64,000 nucleotides of DNA from Eledone cirrhosa (Eukaryota), in contig OZ024742.1 in the NCBI GenBank assembly GCA_964016885.1, forward strand, positions 118,172,001-118,236,000, written 5' to 3'. The translations under genes and the position numbers were made by a program. Below the pieces are notes generated by a model. It worked only from the letters and a program-made list of their open reading frames with translations, was not told the origin of the DNA and searched no databases. Every line of letters starts with the position of its first letter. Positions within the stretch are counted from its first letter, which is position 1. Shown in pieces: positions 39,650-56,885 of the stretch.

Positions 39650-39870
39650 AGAAAATTACGGCCCATTATGTTCTGAGTTCAAATCCCGCCGATGTTAGCT
39701 TTGCCTTTCATCCTTACGGGGTCGATAAAATAAAGCACCAGTGAGTATTGGAGTCGATTTCATTAAATTGCTGAACTTGTGCTTAAAGTAGAAACAATTG
39801 TTTGTTCCGGCTCTCTGCACTCTGAGTTCAATTCCCATCGAGGTGAAATTTGCCTTTAATTCTTTAGTTC
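39650..39870 (+). mobile_element. SINE fragments
   Basis: B-box and core motif, two partial copies. Confidence 0.7.
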
Positions 39871-40066
39871 TAGATGGTGGGTTGGCGGAATTATTAGATA
39901 TCTTACTGTAGTTGTTTTGGTTCTTTGAGTGCAGAGTTTTTGCATAATACGTAGCTGTAGTGGATTATAATTCCGCCCTTCTTCTTGTCGGTCTCAGAGA
40001 TCTTGAACAAATAAAAGGTCATGGGAATGGCCTTTCCACCACGGACTAAACAGTTCAAATATATGA

Positions 40067-41704
<1,638 letters not shown>

Positions 41705-41832
41705 TACACATATATTTTTTTGTGTTGCAGCATAGAGCATGTGTGTTTACGTATGTCATTGTGTTTATATGTGGGTAGAGATGTGTGCTGATGTAGGTAT
41801 GTATGTTGACGTGTGTATGTTGTGGGTTCGTC

Positions 41833-44530
41833 TTAGGGAGAAGTGTTTAGACGGGGTCCGTATTTGTTAATGAAGTAAGATTCCTTGCTGATGCGCTGGG
41901 TGTGGGTGGCATTATCTTTAAATTTGTAGAGGGGAAAGATTCTGAAGTTGGGATGATTTTGGGCGGCACAGGTATCAATGTGTTCACTCAGTGGTATTTT
42001 TCTGTATTCCCGTATTTTAATTTGGGATCTATGCACAGTCATGCGTTGGCGGAGGTTGTTTTTGGTCGGGCCTATGTATTGTTCTCGACAACCTGAGGAA
42101 GTTAATACATATATTAGATTTTCCGATGCACATGTGAAATTGTGTTTTACTATAAAACGTTGTCCTTCTTTGAAATAGAATTCCGAACCCTCTATTAGGT
42201 TGATGCAAATGCCACAGTTGGGTCTATCGCATTTTTTTACTGTGGGTTTCGTTGTTGTGGTTGGCAGTACTTTGGCATGTGTTAGGATGTTTTTCATTGA
42301 CTTGGATTGTCTTTTGCTCTTTATGATATCGTGTGTTCGTAGGATTTGGTTCATTCCGTGGTCCTTTTTCAACACAGGGATGTTCTGGAGGATGGTGTCA
42401 AAGGCCTCATTGTTGAGGGGGTTGTGTGTGGAGATGTATGGAAGAGCTTTTAGTTTCGGTTGATTTACTTTAGGGTGTCTAAGGTACTGAGTTTTAGGAC
42501 ACGTTGGATTCCATTGTCAATTAGTGATGCAGGGTAGTCCCTGCCTATGAGTGTGTCCTTTAGTTCTTGTAGCCGTAAGTAACAGGTGTTTTTATTGGAG
42601 ACAGATTCTCTTGGCTAAGTTGTAGGGAATATTAATTTTAACGTGTCTAGCGTGGCAAGAGTTGAAAGGGAGATATTGCTTGGAGTCTGTGGGCTTGTAG
42701 TATATGTCTGTTTCTATTTTTTTGTTATGGATCTTAATGAGGATGTCGAGGAAGGGGAGTTGTTGATGGCTGTATTACATCGTGAAGTTAATATTCGTGT
42801 TGAGCCCATTTATAAGGGTGTGAAATTCTTTAAGTTTTTCGATGTTTTCGTGCCAAAGGATGAAGCAGTCATCTAGATATCGCTTCCAGTTCCTTTCAAT
42901 GTGTAAGTGGAGGGTGTTTCCAAATTTGTTTAGGACTTTAGTGTAGAGGGTGATTTCCAGGTATCCCATGACTAGGTTGGCATAAGTGGGGGCTGTTTTC
43001 GTTCCTATAGCGGTCCCAGATTTCTGCCTGTAGGGTTTTTTATTGAAAACGAAGTAATTGTTCTCCAAGATAAATTTGAGTCCCTCTATCACGAATTCTT
43101 TTTTGATGCGTTGTGGGAGTTCATTGTAGAAATTATTCAGCCAGAATTGGATAGCTTCTATTCCTAGGTTGTGGGGGAGGTTGGAGTATAGGTTGACTAC
43201 ATCGAACGTCACTAGTAGGGTTTGTTCAGAAAGTGGCATATTAGGGAGGCGATTGAGCATATCTAGGTCGTCCCTTATATAGCTTTTGATGTGTTTGAGA
43301 AAGGGTTTGAGAAGGGTATCAATGAAGTTGCTAAGGCGGTGGGTTTCGCAAGCGGGGCCTGCTATTATAGGTCTTAATTTGAGATCATTGGGTGAGGGGA
43401 CATTGATGACTATGTCTGTGGCTTCCTTGCATGCCTTACTTATTAATTCGTTTTTATGTACTTTAGGGATACCGTAGAAAAGGCTGGATTTACTTATGAA
43501 GTCTGTGATGAAGTTGAATTCCTTGTTAGTGAGTCCTTCTTTGTATTGGTTGATTAGAGTTTTTAGGTTTCTCATAATTTTCTGTTGATTGTAGTGTTCA
43601 GCCTTTTCGTAGTATGTTTCGTTTTCCAAAGTGGAGAGCGCTAAGTTGATATAGAATTCTGTCTCCATTAGGACTACTGTACTCCCTTTATCAGCCTCTT
43701 TAATTGTAATGGTTCTGTCGGTTTTTAATCTATTTAATTCTTCCCATTCTTTCTTGTTGAGGTTTGGCTTGTGTTTTTGTCTGTGCAAGTGTTGGTAAGG
43801 GAAGTTTGTGATGTGTTCACAGAATTCGTCCAGGATTTTATTTCTACCTTTTGAAGAGGTGTAATTGCTTCTATTTCTGGCTAATGATTCATCCTCATTG
43901 TACTGGTCGAATAGTTGTTCACTAAGTCGTAACTTTCTACAGAAGTCTGTGATGTCTTCCTTCATTTCATAGTAGTTAGGACGTAGTGGGGTCGGTGTGA
44001 ATTTAAGTTGATAAGGTTGGGTGTTGGTTCTGCACTAGTAAGATTGATAATTTTTATTACTATCGGTTTCTCCTCCCTGTCTTGTGTTATTTTGTTTGCC
44101 TGTATCTGTGTGCTGTGTCTAAAAAATGGTTGGGGTAGAGGGGTTGTCTGCTGATGTTAAGTGGTCTCCTGTGTTTGTTATATTCCTTGTTGTTGTAAAA
44201 TGTGGTTCGGGTTGGTGGTTGTAGATTGAATGGGGTGTTCCTGTACTGCGAGTATGGGTGTGTGTTTCTATGTGCCATGTTGTATTGTGGTGTTATAAGT
44301 GGCCTACGTTGTTGGTTGTATCATGTGGTGTGGGTTTGTTGTGTATTGTGGAAGCGAGAGTTGAGTAAATGGTAATTACCTTGCTGTCCCCTTGAAGCGG
44401 GGAAATTGTTACATCTATCATGGTGGTGGTATCTTTTCCCTATGTTTGACGATGAGGCATCCGCGTAGTAGTTGAGTGATTTGGTATGGTGTCTCCTTGA
44501 AGGGGGAAAGTTGTAAATGTCATTCTGGGG
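41833..44530 (-). pseudogene. Penelope-like (Neptune/Nematis-type) RT + GIY-YIG ORF, disrupted
   Basis: KEADKGSTVV, FYGIPKVHK, LRPIIAG, FDVVNLYSNLPH, QKSGTAIGT, RYLDDCF; CDRPNCGIC linker; NLIYVL..QYIG..HRS..SEH..ESYFI..LN; TAA stop at 42775 and frameshifts. Confidence 0.9.
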
Positions 44531-44534
44531 GAGA

Positions 44535-44655
<121 letters not shown>

Positions 44656-44795
44656 ATATCATTTCACACCTTTTATTGTTAAGATTTTTTATGTTCTATT
44701 AAGAGAACCGATTTTACTGAAGAAATCGAATAATGTACACCATTTTACCAGGGGAAAAAAATACTGGTCCACCCCCACACACACACACACACATT

Positions 44796-44880
<85 letters not shown>

Positions 44881-45077
44881 CAAACACATACACACACACA
44901 CATATATATACACACATACACACGCGTACATTAACATACAAAGAGACTTATACACACACAGACACACTTCTACGTATAAGACAAAAGCTGAAAAATATCT
45001 TTTGACCTGCTAAAATACCCCCCACTGCTTACAGACACATTCCTACTGACCATCCCTGCTACCACGAATTACTCTGC

Positions 45078-45178
<101 letters not shown>

Positions 45179-45294
45179 ATCTTAATAGCCATTTGACACA
45201 TATCCCTGCTAACCATTATCACAACATCGAACACCTTACGACTACTACTACACACACACACACATATTTGTTGTGAAAGAGTCATTTCTCAGTC

Positions 45295-45463
45295 TTGGCG
45301 CAAAATCAATTTTTTATTCACATGACCTCTACCGACCAATCAAAATTGTTTTGACCACAAGAATTTTTGCAAACACCAAGTAGCGCTGGAGCCACTTTTT
45401 AACATAAAAACAGTCTTGGCGCAAAATCAATTTTTTACATTCACATGACCTCTACCGACCAAT
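45295..45463 (+). promoter_or_regulatory. Duplicated E2F-like / E-box / CCAAT module in pseudo-LTR
   Basis: TTGGCGCAAAA (45295, 45416), TCACATGAC (45318, 45441), CCAAT (45336, 45459); similar module at 16362-16485. Confidence 0.4.
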
Positions 45464-45595
45464 CAAAATTGTTTTGACCACAAGAATTTTTGCAACACCA
45501 AACTAGCGCTGGAGCCACTTTTTTAACATAAAAAGAGGTAGAATTCCCAAAACTAATCAGATCAGAGCAAACAACACGGACACTCTATCTCAAAA

Positions 45596-45637
45596 TTATT
45601 TTTGAAAAGCATTTAGAAATGCGCAACCGGTAAAAAC
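45596..45637 (+). ncRNA. Atypical hammerhead-like motif (UUGAAAA / GCAA)
   Basis: TTT-TTGAAAA-GCATTT-AG-AAATGC-GCAAC-CG-GTA-AAA; same motif at ~23511-23550 and mirrored at ~40729-40770. Confidence 0.4.
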
Positions 45638-45792
45638 TTAAAAACTTAAAACCACAACTGAATACTAACCCATACAATTACTAATACTCTTTTATTCCTA
45701 ATTAAACCATTTTTCAACTGTGAACAATTTGTCAGCATTTTCTATTCCGTTTACCAATATATAATAACTTGTGTGTTACACCTCTATTCTTT

Positions 45793-45847
<55 letters not shown>

Positions 45848-46001
45848 AAGTGAAGTAACGGAATCAGAAACTCGCGTTTGTCACTGTAATTCACGAGCTC
45901 AAAGGAAAAAGAGTCCCGGGCTCTTCAAATATAATATAGAGAAGAAAACACACTAGAGAGAGTGTGTTGTTTATCAAACACACACTCTCTCTAGTGTGTT
46001 T

Positions 46002-46108
<107 letters not shown>

Positions 46109-47235
46109 GATTGTGTGTGTGTGTGTAAATACTAGTGTTGTTTATATTGTGCTCATATATCTCCTGTTATATTACAGTTCGAAAAATGGGGATATTTAAA
46201 ATAAGTACCAACCTAGGATCGATATAATACACGACCGGAGTCCAAGAACCCAGACTAGTAAGATGATTTAAAGAAGGTTGGGAAATTTATTTATTTTTAT
46301 GTTGTATATTTGATATTCATTTCGTCAGAATCTCGAAGATCGTGTTACTCGTTTAGATAAATAGTTTTTTTAGGAACTTCCCCTGTGTGATTCACATTTG
46401 TTGCTATGATATTCAACTTAGTGTTATAAGGATGCTATGTATGATGTTAAGCTATGCGACGCATTTAATCAATACTCATCCTGGACTAGAACAATGTGGT
46501 GTGTGTTTTATGTCACTGGCAGAAAAGTACATAAAAATCAGATATGTCATTTTACCGAGAGGCGTTAAGAGGAATATTAATTTTTACTACTTTCATGTCA
46601 CGCCAACCTATCGCACGTTTTCACCTGTATTTGTATTTGTAAACCAATTCCTGACAACATAGATCGCAGTTAGTTTCTATCAACTAGTTATTCTTAATAG
46701 CTGTATTTATATCTAACGGTGTGTGTAGTCGTAAATATGAAACAAAACTGGCAACTGTGTAAATAATTATAAAAGACATTAAAGAATAGAGTCAAGTTAC
46801 ATGAATTTTAATTGTTGTGCTGGTTTACATAGTAATGAAGCTTCATCCTATTTAATTTAAAATTAGGATTTTATCTTCTGACATAAGTGGGTGTTTAACC
46901 GAGAGAACACCGTGTAACGTTTAACGTGAGAGGATGCTACGTGACTGTTTTGAAAAATATTCAATAACTCAAATTAAATAACAAAGAATTAAATGGAAAC
47001 AAACTAAAATATTGAAGATATCTGTCTAAATAATACAATGATTTTTGTGTAAAATGTATTAATCTTTACATCATATAGTTAATGTAATGCAAATTTTCGT
47101 GGGATTCGATACCATGTTTAAACAAACTACTAAACCATAAGTCATGACACCATTGAAATACTTCAGTCTCCACTCAAAACAAATAACAAACAATTCAAAT
47201 AAGAACCATATCATTCAACTTAAAAAATAAATAAT

Positions 47236-47485
47236 AATAATGAAATTATTGTGTACAGTGCTCAGGTGCACTACAACTCATCAAAGGTGCATGTATAGTA
47301 CATAGAATAATGTACAAATGTCAGGAAAATGAACAGTGTACGAGTCATGATATAATAACAATAACAATAATGAAATATTGTGTACAGTGCCCAGGTGCAC
47401 CACAACTCATCAAAAAAGTGCATGTACAGTACATAAGGTAATGCACAAACATCAGTAAAATGAACAGTGCACGAGTCATGATACA
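47236..47485. repeat. Two diverged tandem ~130-bp units
   Basis: AATAATGAAAT(T)ATTGTGTACAGTGC at 47236 and 47366. Confidence 0.7.
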
Positions 47486-48494
47486 CACATGTGTGCATGT
47501 GCATGAAAGGGGTACATCAGGTGTAGTTTTGGCGTATTTCAAAAGAAAATGCTTATTTTGGATGAAATGAAAAGTACAAAAAAACGAGTATGCAAAACTC
47601 TGCGTTACCAGAATGCAGTAAACCAGAACTCGATGAAGTTTCAAATTATAAAAGGCATGAATGAACCAGAGATATATGCATTTGTGTTCTAAATTATGCA
47701 ACCAGAATACATCCATAAAAAGTATTCTTATATACTTTTGGAGAGAAGGTAACACTGACTGTGAATCCCAATAGACTAGCTAACTTAAGAAGATCGATTC
47801 AGAACAGCTGAAACATACCAGAAATTGAAATATGACGATTAAACAAATTAATAGAAAACGAAAACACAAATAACGAATGAATACATAGCGAAAACAGAAA
47901 TAACGAATCAAAGCAAACAGAAAATATAGAAACTAAAAACGATCTCTCAATCCTCAATGGAAAAAATCACAACAATGAAAAACATTAAACAAATGGTACA
48001 GCGATACAACACAAAAAATAGAAGTTCCCGAAATCGAAGAATACATGAAACATATGATCCTAGCTAAATCGCAAAGAGTCCGTCAACAAGGATTCCTTAA
48101 AAAAAAAAACAGTTAGACTCCAAACCTAAATAATTTTATAAAGAACTAGACAAAAATAAAATAGTAAGTGTTAGTGGAAGTCTGATGATGAGTATAGGCT
48201 TCTGGTTAAACTATTTAACAGGGTTACATAAGGTGGTGGCAGAGATATTTGGTAAGGTACTGAAGGAGCCGATGTCTTCACCTCACTGGTTCGCAGAGAG
48301 GGGAAATCATCTTAATCCCTAAAATTACAGCAAACGTTAAAACAAACAAAAGAAAACAGACCCATAACATGTCTTACTACAACTTATAAAGACTTAGCTG
48401 CAATAATCTCACAGAAGAAAAAATAAGCATGTAAAACAAAGCAGCCTGGTTTCAAAAGAACAGAAAATATGTTATAAAGGTATATGTGGTTGTA

Positions 48495-49368
<874 letters not shown>

Positions 49369-50371
49369 TTGTAAATGTTTGTGTGACTATAAAGATCAAT
49401 CTACAGCTGATGATTATAGATTGAAGAAGTATTTGGGCATTAACAACTAGGAACATTTGGACTCGAAGTTCCTGAAAACATTGATTAGGTGTATGGTTGT
49501 CCAAAATAATAAGCAGATACATTAAATACGTCATGAATAAATGTTAAACAGTTCTGCAGACACAGAACAAAGGAAATTATAAAAATGAACCCCATCTCTA
49601 TTATAAGAGGAATATTTGAAAGGGATCATTTACCCCATCCAATTTTTCCTGGTGTAAATACTTTTGGAGTTGTACGCTGAAGTTAATGAACAACTATCAG
49701 TTCGTCAAGTATGAAATTTGTAGAAATTTGTAGAAAAAAGACAAATTTCTACAAATCTCATACTTATTGACACAATAGAATCACTAGATGACTTGTTATG
49801 AGATTAAGATTAATAAAATATGCTACAGCAACCTCAAAGAGAAGATAATTATTTTAAAACGCTAGTAGATAAAGAATCAGAGTACACTATGAACAAATAA
49901 AAAAGGATTAGTCTTGAATATTATAGACACATTAGATTAATACTTAAAACAACCAAATGCAAAAATAGAAATATGGCAATAAACTTCAATACTCTTCCTG
50001 TAATAGCACTTCCTGTAATAAATTATAATTATGAAATCCTCAACCGGATATTAAAGACATTAGTAAGACTAATACTAATATTTTGATTACACTCCCTAAA
50101 CTTTGACACAACGATATATATAGAGGTATGGACATTATACAACTAAAACAACTATTATAAAATAGTTATTGTACATTTATTGTACATTTTAAACTAGGAT
50201 AGTAAAACATGTATCAACTCGATTATATTTGCAACAAACAAGAAATTGACTGTTTTCGAGGGAAAGTCTGAACCTAAGATTCGAGAACTTTGTACCCGAT
50301 ATATAAATTAAAACACAATCTCTAGTGTGCATGAATAAATACGGTCTGAAGAAGTAATAGATACAATAATA

Positions 50372-50616
50372 CAGAGGTTCAGAAACTACACACAAATTGT
50401 AAATAATATATAATAAATAAAAATCGTTAATTTATATATAATAAATAATATATATAAAATGTATAAATAAATATTATATATGTTTTATTTTACTACATTT
50501 ATATATAATCCTTTGATATTTAATATACTATTATATTTCTATCCCCACCACTCCCTTAGGACCCGGCCCCAACCCACCCCCTGGACCTTCTTAAGCCCTC
50601 CCTTTGAGAACCTCTG
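50372..50616. mobile_element. hAT (Charlie-like) MITE
   Basis: TIRs CAGAGGTTC / GAACCTCTG; degenerate 8-bp TSD CAATAATA / CAACAATG. Confidence 0.6.
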
Positions 50617-51396
50617 CAACAATGTACGCGAGAGAAGAGCAGACCACTACTACTAAAAGTAATGAAAGAAATATCCACACTTTTTCAATATAAATAACAA
50701 ACAGCACTTGTGTATTGTATTTCTGAAACAATACATCACATTGTATCAGAATGTCCTACATTGGTTCCAACAAAATATATTTTGTGACTCAATACCTGAG
50801 CAAATCTGCTCTATATTCTCAACCTAAGTTCAACAGCTTCAAGAAAATATTCCCTGGTATTTATAAGGGGTTTCGCCGGTTTTATAAAATAACAATGTGA
50901 AAATATTGTGATAATTTAGCATACAGACAGACGAAGGATTAGCATGTATTAAGCCCGACATAATTTTTCATGATGAAAATGACAATAGCTTGTAAAAGAC
51001 TATAATTCTGTGAGCTGAGTAATTACGTCAGCTTTGCTGTGTATTAATATATTATGGCAGTTAATACATGTTTTTATCATCTCATTTATAATTGCTACAA
51101 CTGAAATCAAACACAACCACTTCTGTATAGACATCGAAATATTACTTAGGATAGACATAGGCACGTTCCAAATATAGCTTTAAGTATGTTTAAAGTTTTT
51201 AAGTGGAAACATGTCTTGTATACGTTATATGCATTCAATTATAATGCATTTTAAAAATCTGTTTTCGCAGTAATGATTCGAGAAATAATATATGCAGAAA
51301 CGGAAAGTAAGATGATTTTGAGACAAGATCACAATGCTGCGAAATGCCAAAGGTTTGCAACAGACGCCAAAACCAACTATCTACTATATTAATAAT

Positions 51397-51583
51397 TGTT
51401 TCTACTTTTGGCACAAGGCCCGCAATTACCCAGTGTATTACTGGTAATTTATTTTTATCGACCCCGTAAGGATGAAAGGCAAAGTTAACCTTGGCGGGAT
51501 TTGAACTCAGAATGGCAAGGGCCGTAACTCTACGCGTCAAAGCATGGCGTCCGACCCTCTACCGATACTGCCAATCCATCGCC
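51397..51583 (-). mobile_element. tRNA-derived SINE with 13-bp TSD
   Basis: CTATATTAATAAT at 51384-51396 and 51584-51596. Confidence 0.9.
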
Positions 51584-53095
51584 CTATATTAATAATGAAT
51601 CTTTATATCGTCACAAGTTCTTGCAGGAAGTGTATAATAATTAAATCAATAGAACATGATTAGTATTTATTGTTTTAGTGGATATATAAAGTAAATCCTG
51701 GTTGGACAAAAACGAACAATTACACTAAAATCTAATACTCTGCTATTCCCTGTCTTTCCACTATATAAATAATAAATTGTATATTGTTAAAAGATGTTAT
51801 CTAAATTCAATATATAATTGGCTTTCAATAATACATGATTGCAAGTATCGCAGATGGTGACTGTTTCAAATATAGATATTGATTATGAAGGGAATTTTAT
51901 TGACAGAAACAATATTTTATGTAAATATTATTTCTATTGTTGCTTATCTCATTCTCCTCAAAAGACAATGAAATCACGTCATTAAATAGGCTCCCGGCTA
52001 GTTTATTTCGTACCATCGTTTCGTTTTTGGTTTGTCCTTTCTCTCATTTACGTCGTTAATTTTCTTCAGAAAACTGTACATGACAAAATTTCACATCTAT
52101 CACTCTATTATTCTAAGGGTGTAAAGTTTTAGGTTCTTGGACTCACAATCAAAAGGTCGGAGATCCGATTACTGGACTGAGATGTGCGTTGTGATCTTGT
52201 GCAAAATACCTTATTTTACTAATTGCGCCAGAAGTTGCGGCCAACAGATAGTAACATCAAGTGAAACATTGTTTCCTTGGTTCGAACTGACAATCAGCAT
52301 TTTTCCCTTTCTAAAATATAGCCTTTGTTACGAGAAAATTCGGAGTTTGTTAAAGCGAAATTCCAAATTCGATGTCATAATAAAGCTTGATTGTGAGTAT
52401 TCTATCATAGAGTGAGAAAGAGTTAAATAAAATAAGCAATGACAAACCACTAAGACGAAATGACTCCCTTTATAACTTGCAACGTGTCTTCAACACCTGA
52501 GTATTAAGAAATATTGATTAACAAAGTATTCAATATTATGATATTTATTGCTGGGCATCAGTCGGTACAATAAGACACGTGAATACTAATGGTTGAGATA
52601 CAGCAGCAACAAATCAATAATAATATGTTAACCTCAAAGGCTTGTACTGTAGATTAGATGCAGCGTTTTATAAAAGTAAGTCAATTAAATATAATTTCAA
52701 TTTCCGGTCGCAACGATTTCAGTTTCCTAGTTCATCCAAGAAAACTATAAAAATTTGATTTCCTATTCATTATGGCTTATTCATTAACTCTTAAAGAGAT
52801 GCAGCATGATATAATGCTTATATATTATTAATGCTTACCAAATCAGTATGTTAATTTCTAATTGCATGCATATTTTTGTTCAATTTCAAAATCCTGGTTT
52901 TATTCCAAAGTAATTACAAATAATTGTGGTGGCTATTGTTCCTTAGCCCCTGTGGACAATATAATATAATCACCAAGCTTTCAATGATATTACCAACCTA
53001 AATGTAGATAGGTATTACATAATAGGAGAATTCACAGTAATTTACGTGGCGAGTGTTTCATTGTTTTGCAGTCCTGGGGTCCCGTATACACACAT

Positions 53096-53140
<45 letters not shown>

Positions 53141-53221
53141 CATACATACATACATACATACATACATACATACATACATACATACATACATACATACATA
53201 CATACATACATACATACATAC

Positions 53222-53747
53222 ATGATGGCTGCCTCCTCGTTATCGAGTATGGCCATTGCACGATATACCATTATTAATAATTATCAATTAATGCTATCGT
53301 GCAATGCCTGTATGTGAAGATTTTTTTAAACTGAAGATTTTTTTAAAGTGAAGAAAGACTGTGGACTGAGCCAATCCCACTCTCTGAGCGAAAAGAAGAA
53401 AAGATCAACATCATCGGTAACTACTGAGCCGCAGGTTTTATATCGGAGTTATCCCAGTTTCCTGAGATGCCTTCTCCTAGAAGAATGCCCTGACAAAGGC
53501 TAGGGGTCCTTCACTCCCAGTGGTTTAACCGCGTGGTACATGTCTATATACATATTTACACACTTTCGGATGGCCTTGAGTTCTTCCGCCCTTTGTCAGG
53601 TTTTGTTTATTGTCCTGCAGTGTGTCCAAAATCACCCTCCTCACCAAGTAAACTTGGTGGGGTTGCCGATTTAGTCGCCGACGACCCGACCATGCGACAG
53701 ATTGTACTGGATTACATGTTACCAGTAGCACTCAAGGGTGACCCGCC
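53222..53747 (-). mobile_element. Apparently full-length RTE-derived non-autonomous element (~525 bp)
   Basis: Homologous to 10946-11260 and to the 5' part of 11381-11720; (TACA)n on both sides. Confidence 0.75.
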
Positions 53748-54089
53748 ATGCATACATACATACAGGTATTTTGAAGGAATTTACGACATGTTTTCATTTT
53801 TATTCCTGTTTCAACAAAAAGCATAACTTTACCAATTTGATTTTTCACCCAATTATATACATATATATGTATATCAGTATATATATATATATATATATAT
53901 ATCAGTATGTTTGAGTGTGTGTGTGTGTTTTCGTGCGCATGGGTGTGCCTTCAAACTTCGAAGGTACTGCCAACTTTGTCTGGTATACAGCAGATGTGTG
54001 GTTGGATTCCCGCAGACAATACCGTCGCGTTGTTTTCTGCCATATCTAGCTTATATGTCAATGTATCATTTAAGTCTGAGGCTTATCAT

Positions 54090-54317
54090 AAAACGGTAAT
54101 CTCCCTTCTGGAACTGGAAGGGCGACAAATTCATGTGCAGAAACTACGGGTGCATCACCCTTCTCTCCATCCCAAGAAATATCTTCACCCACAATAAGCC
54201 GGACTCATGCCTAATCGATCCACCACCGACCACATTTCTGCCCTCCGCCTTATTATTAAAAGATTTCGAAAGTTCCACAGAGATTGCTGCCTCTATGTCA
54301 CCTTCGTCGACCTTAAG
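54090..54317 (+). pseudogene. RTE LINE RT fragment
   Basis: KGDKFMCRNYGCITLLSIP..MPNRSTTDHISALRLII..YVTFVDLK. Confidence 0.7.
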
Positions 54318-54339
54318 TAATAATAAATACAAAGACCAT

Positions 54340-55350
54340 TATTATTACAGATTATTATTACAGATTAAAGTTTAAGCATAGAACTTCTGCCTTCAGCCTA
54401 TACAAGTTAAATTATTTTTATATTCCTATGCCAACATTTCGAACAGTCGTTGCCCTTACCCTGCTCATGAGGTTTGAGATGGACTATATTTCAAGCAATT
54501 TTATAGACTTTTGCATTGTTATTTATTAAAGAACCATACATACTTTAATATGCTTGTGTGAAAAGATATTTCCGGATTTCGTGAAAGGAAAGCGTACATG
54601 TTGATTATATTGCGTGTTGATTGCATTGCCACTTCATCTAGTATTTTTTTAATTATAAATAATTTGCAGAATAATCTATGGGCTTTAAAAAATTGATTTT
54701 TCGATAGAAAATGTATTGAATTCAAAGACTTACGTTTGCGAGGAGTATTCGATGTAGAAGTTTGTTCAAGGTTTATACTATTAATGTATGTTCTTTGCGT
54801 TACAAATTTATGTAAACCTGAAGCTAAATTTAACATTGTTTCTATTAATATATTATTACATTTATGCTTCTTCGGAAACTGTTTGTATTCTAAGTAAACG
54901 AAATGATTCGTGATACGTGTACTTATATTGAAATTAAATTGGGCATTCAAACAGATAATTGTACATTTTATATTTTTACATTTCTAGAATTGGTATTATA
55001 TACAAATATAATTTGATCTTTAAATCCGCTTTATTTAACACTTCATTCTACTAATTGAAGGAAGATTTATCGGAAGAAATAATGGATAACCATATAGTAA
55101 CAGTTTCACTATATCATTAATTGTTGTAGATATATAATTTGAAGCTATATTTAAAATTTTTATTGGGTTCTTTACAAATGGAATATTTATTTTGTTTATA
55201 AACCTGAGGCGATACGTAGAAAATTAACTATATATAAATTTGGTTTAAATAATTTGAAGAGATCTTTTTCTGAATATTCAGTTTTGTACAGTAAATTTCA
55301 CATCAGAAAAAGTGGTTCAAAATTGTATTTGTCATTTTATTTGTTTGTAA
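54340..55350 (-). mobile_element. Old Hydra-like PLE remnant
   Basis: KQFPKKHKCNNI-(fs)-NRNNVKFSF parallels KCFPKTNRYHSIFNRHTIKLSY of the 3-kb element; end motif CAGATTAAAGTTTAAGCA recurs at ~60820 and ~61840. Confidence 0.55.
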
Positions 55351-55861
55351 CGAACACAACCACAAGGATATGGTCCGAACGTGGAAGAGCCCAAATCCCA
55401 CTGTCACCGCCTCCATCTCTTTCACCCACCCCATCTCTCTGTATGGTGAGTAAATGGGGGTGTTCATTTTCGGGATGTAGACTCCATTAAAAATATTTTA
55501 AAATGTAAGATATGAAAGCCAATGAACTCACGAATTCTTGCAAAGTCCAGGAGAATTAAAAAACTTTCTTCATTACCCAGAAAGCATTATTGAAAAGCGG
55601 TTAAACATCATGCGTGCACTATTGTTTTGATATTCAAACCACTTATTTAAATAGATTTAGTGAACTGAATGTTCTTAGGATCTTATTATCAAGGGCCAAC
55701 ATTCAATGATGTCCTGTTGGTTAAGTCTATATATCTATTTCTTGTTTTTAAAACGTTTTTTTTTAATCTTTTTTTTTTCGTTTATTCGAAAATATAACCT
55801 CGTTTAAAAAACATTTACATAGCTGGAATTTGGCTCGGTTTAACAATCTTACAAGATGAAT

Positions 55862-55896
<35 letters not shown>

Positions 55897-56092
55897 AGGG
55901 GTATTGTGGGGGCTTGTAAACATAATTTTCCCTGATCGTTACATATTTGCAAGTGGTGAGATCGGCGACTACTATTATACTTTCGGGAGTACATAGTTTC
56001 TGTGGGCTCCTTCTCCCATAATTCCATCCTGTCACACTGCCACATATATGTACGAGAGAGAGAGAGAGAGAAAGGGGGGAGGAGAAAGAGAA

Positions 56093-56124
<32 letters not shown>

Positions 56125-56885
56125 CGCGTGCGTGTGTATGTATATATGAAGGTGTTGGACGGATCTAGGAACATGGCATTTATTTATTTATGCCATAACA
56201 TTAACAGATTTTGCTACCATTTCGGTGACTTGATAAATGCATATTGCGAAAGCTTGCGGTAAATTTTCTACTGATATTTTTTTTTCATAAATAAATCAAT
56301 TATATCAGCTGCACAATCACAGTTCCAGTCGAAGTGTCCTGCAGAAATACCATATCTGTTGTTAGGTAGTACAATTCTGTTCTTTATATTGGAATTTTAT
56401 CAGTCTCTATAAAATTATGACAAAAAGAAGAAATCAATATGTTGTATAATTATATGATGCAATACAAAGTCGAGTAAAATGATATATTAGCAAGCTATTA
56501 TAAGATGTCTTTTAAAAAAAATCAGCTACTTATTTATATAATAATAGCATCGAGGAGAGGTTGTATAGAATAAAGACATTCGTGGTTTCTTCTAATCCAT
56601 CTTAATCTATCGTAATCAGCAGTGAGTAATGGCTTCACAAGAACTATCGTTAGATTATGTTGCAGTGAGAATTATGCTTATGTAATTTTAAACACACACA
56701 CACACACACACTCACACAGAGGATGTACACACACACATACATACATATATGCATACATCCATCCATCCATACATACATACATACATACATACATACATAC
56801 ATACATACATACATACATACATACATGGTAGCTACCAACACGTTTTCGAGTACGGCCACTACTTTATATCCATTTAGGAGAACCC

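Noticed and set aside
41833-44530. Selenocysteine-recoded or N-terminal-endonuclease (Naiad-type) PLE
   Set aside because: The endonuclease is C-terminal, and the interruptions checked are TAA stops and frameshifts, not in-frame TGA
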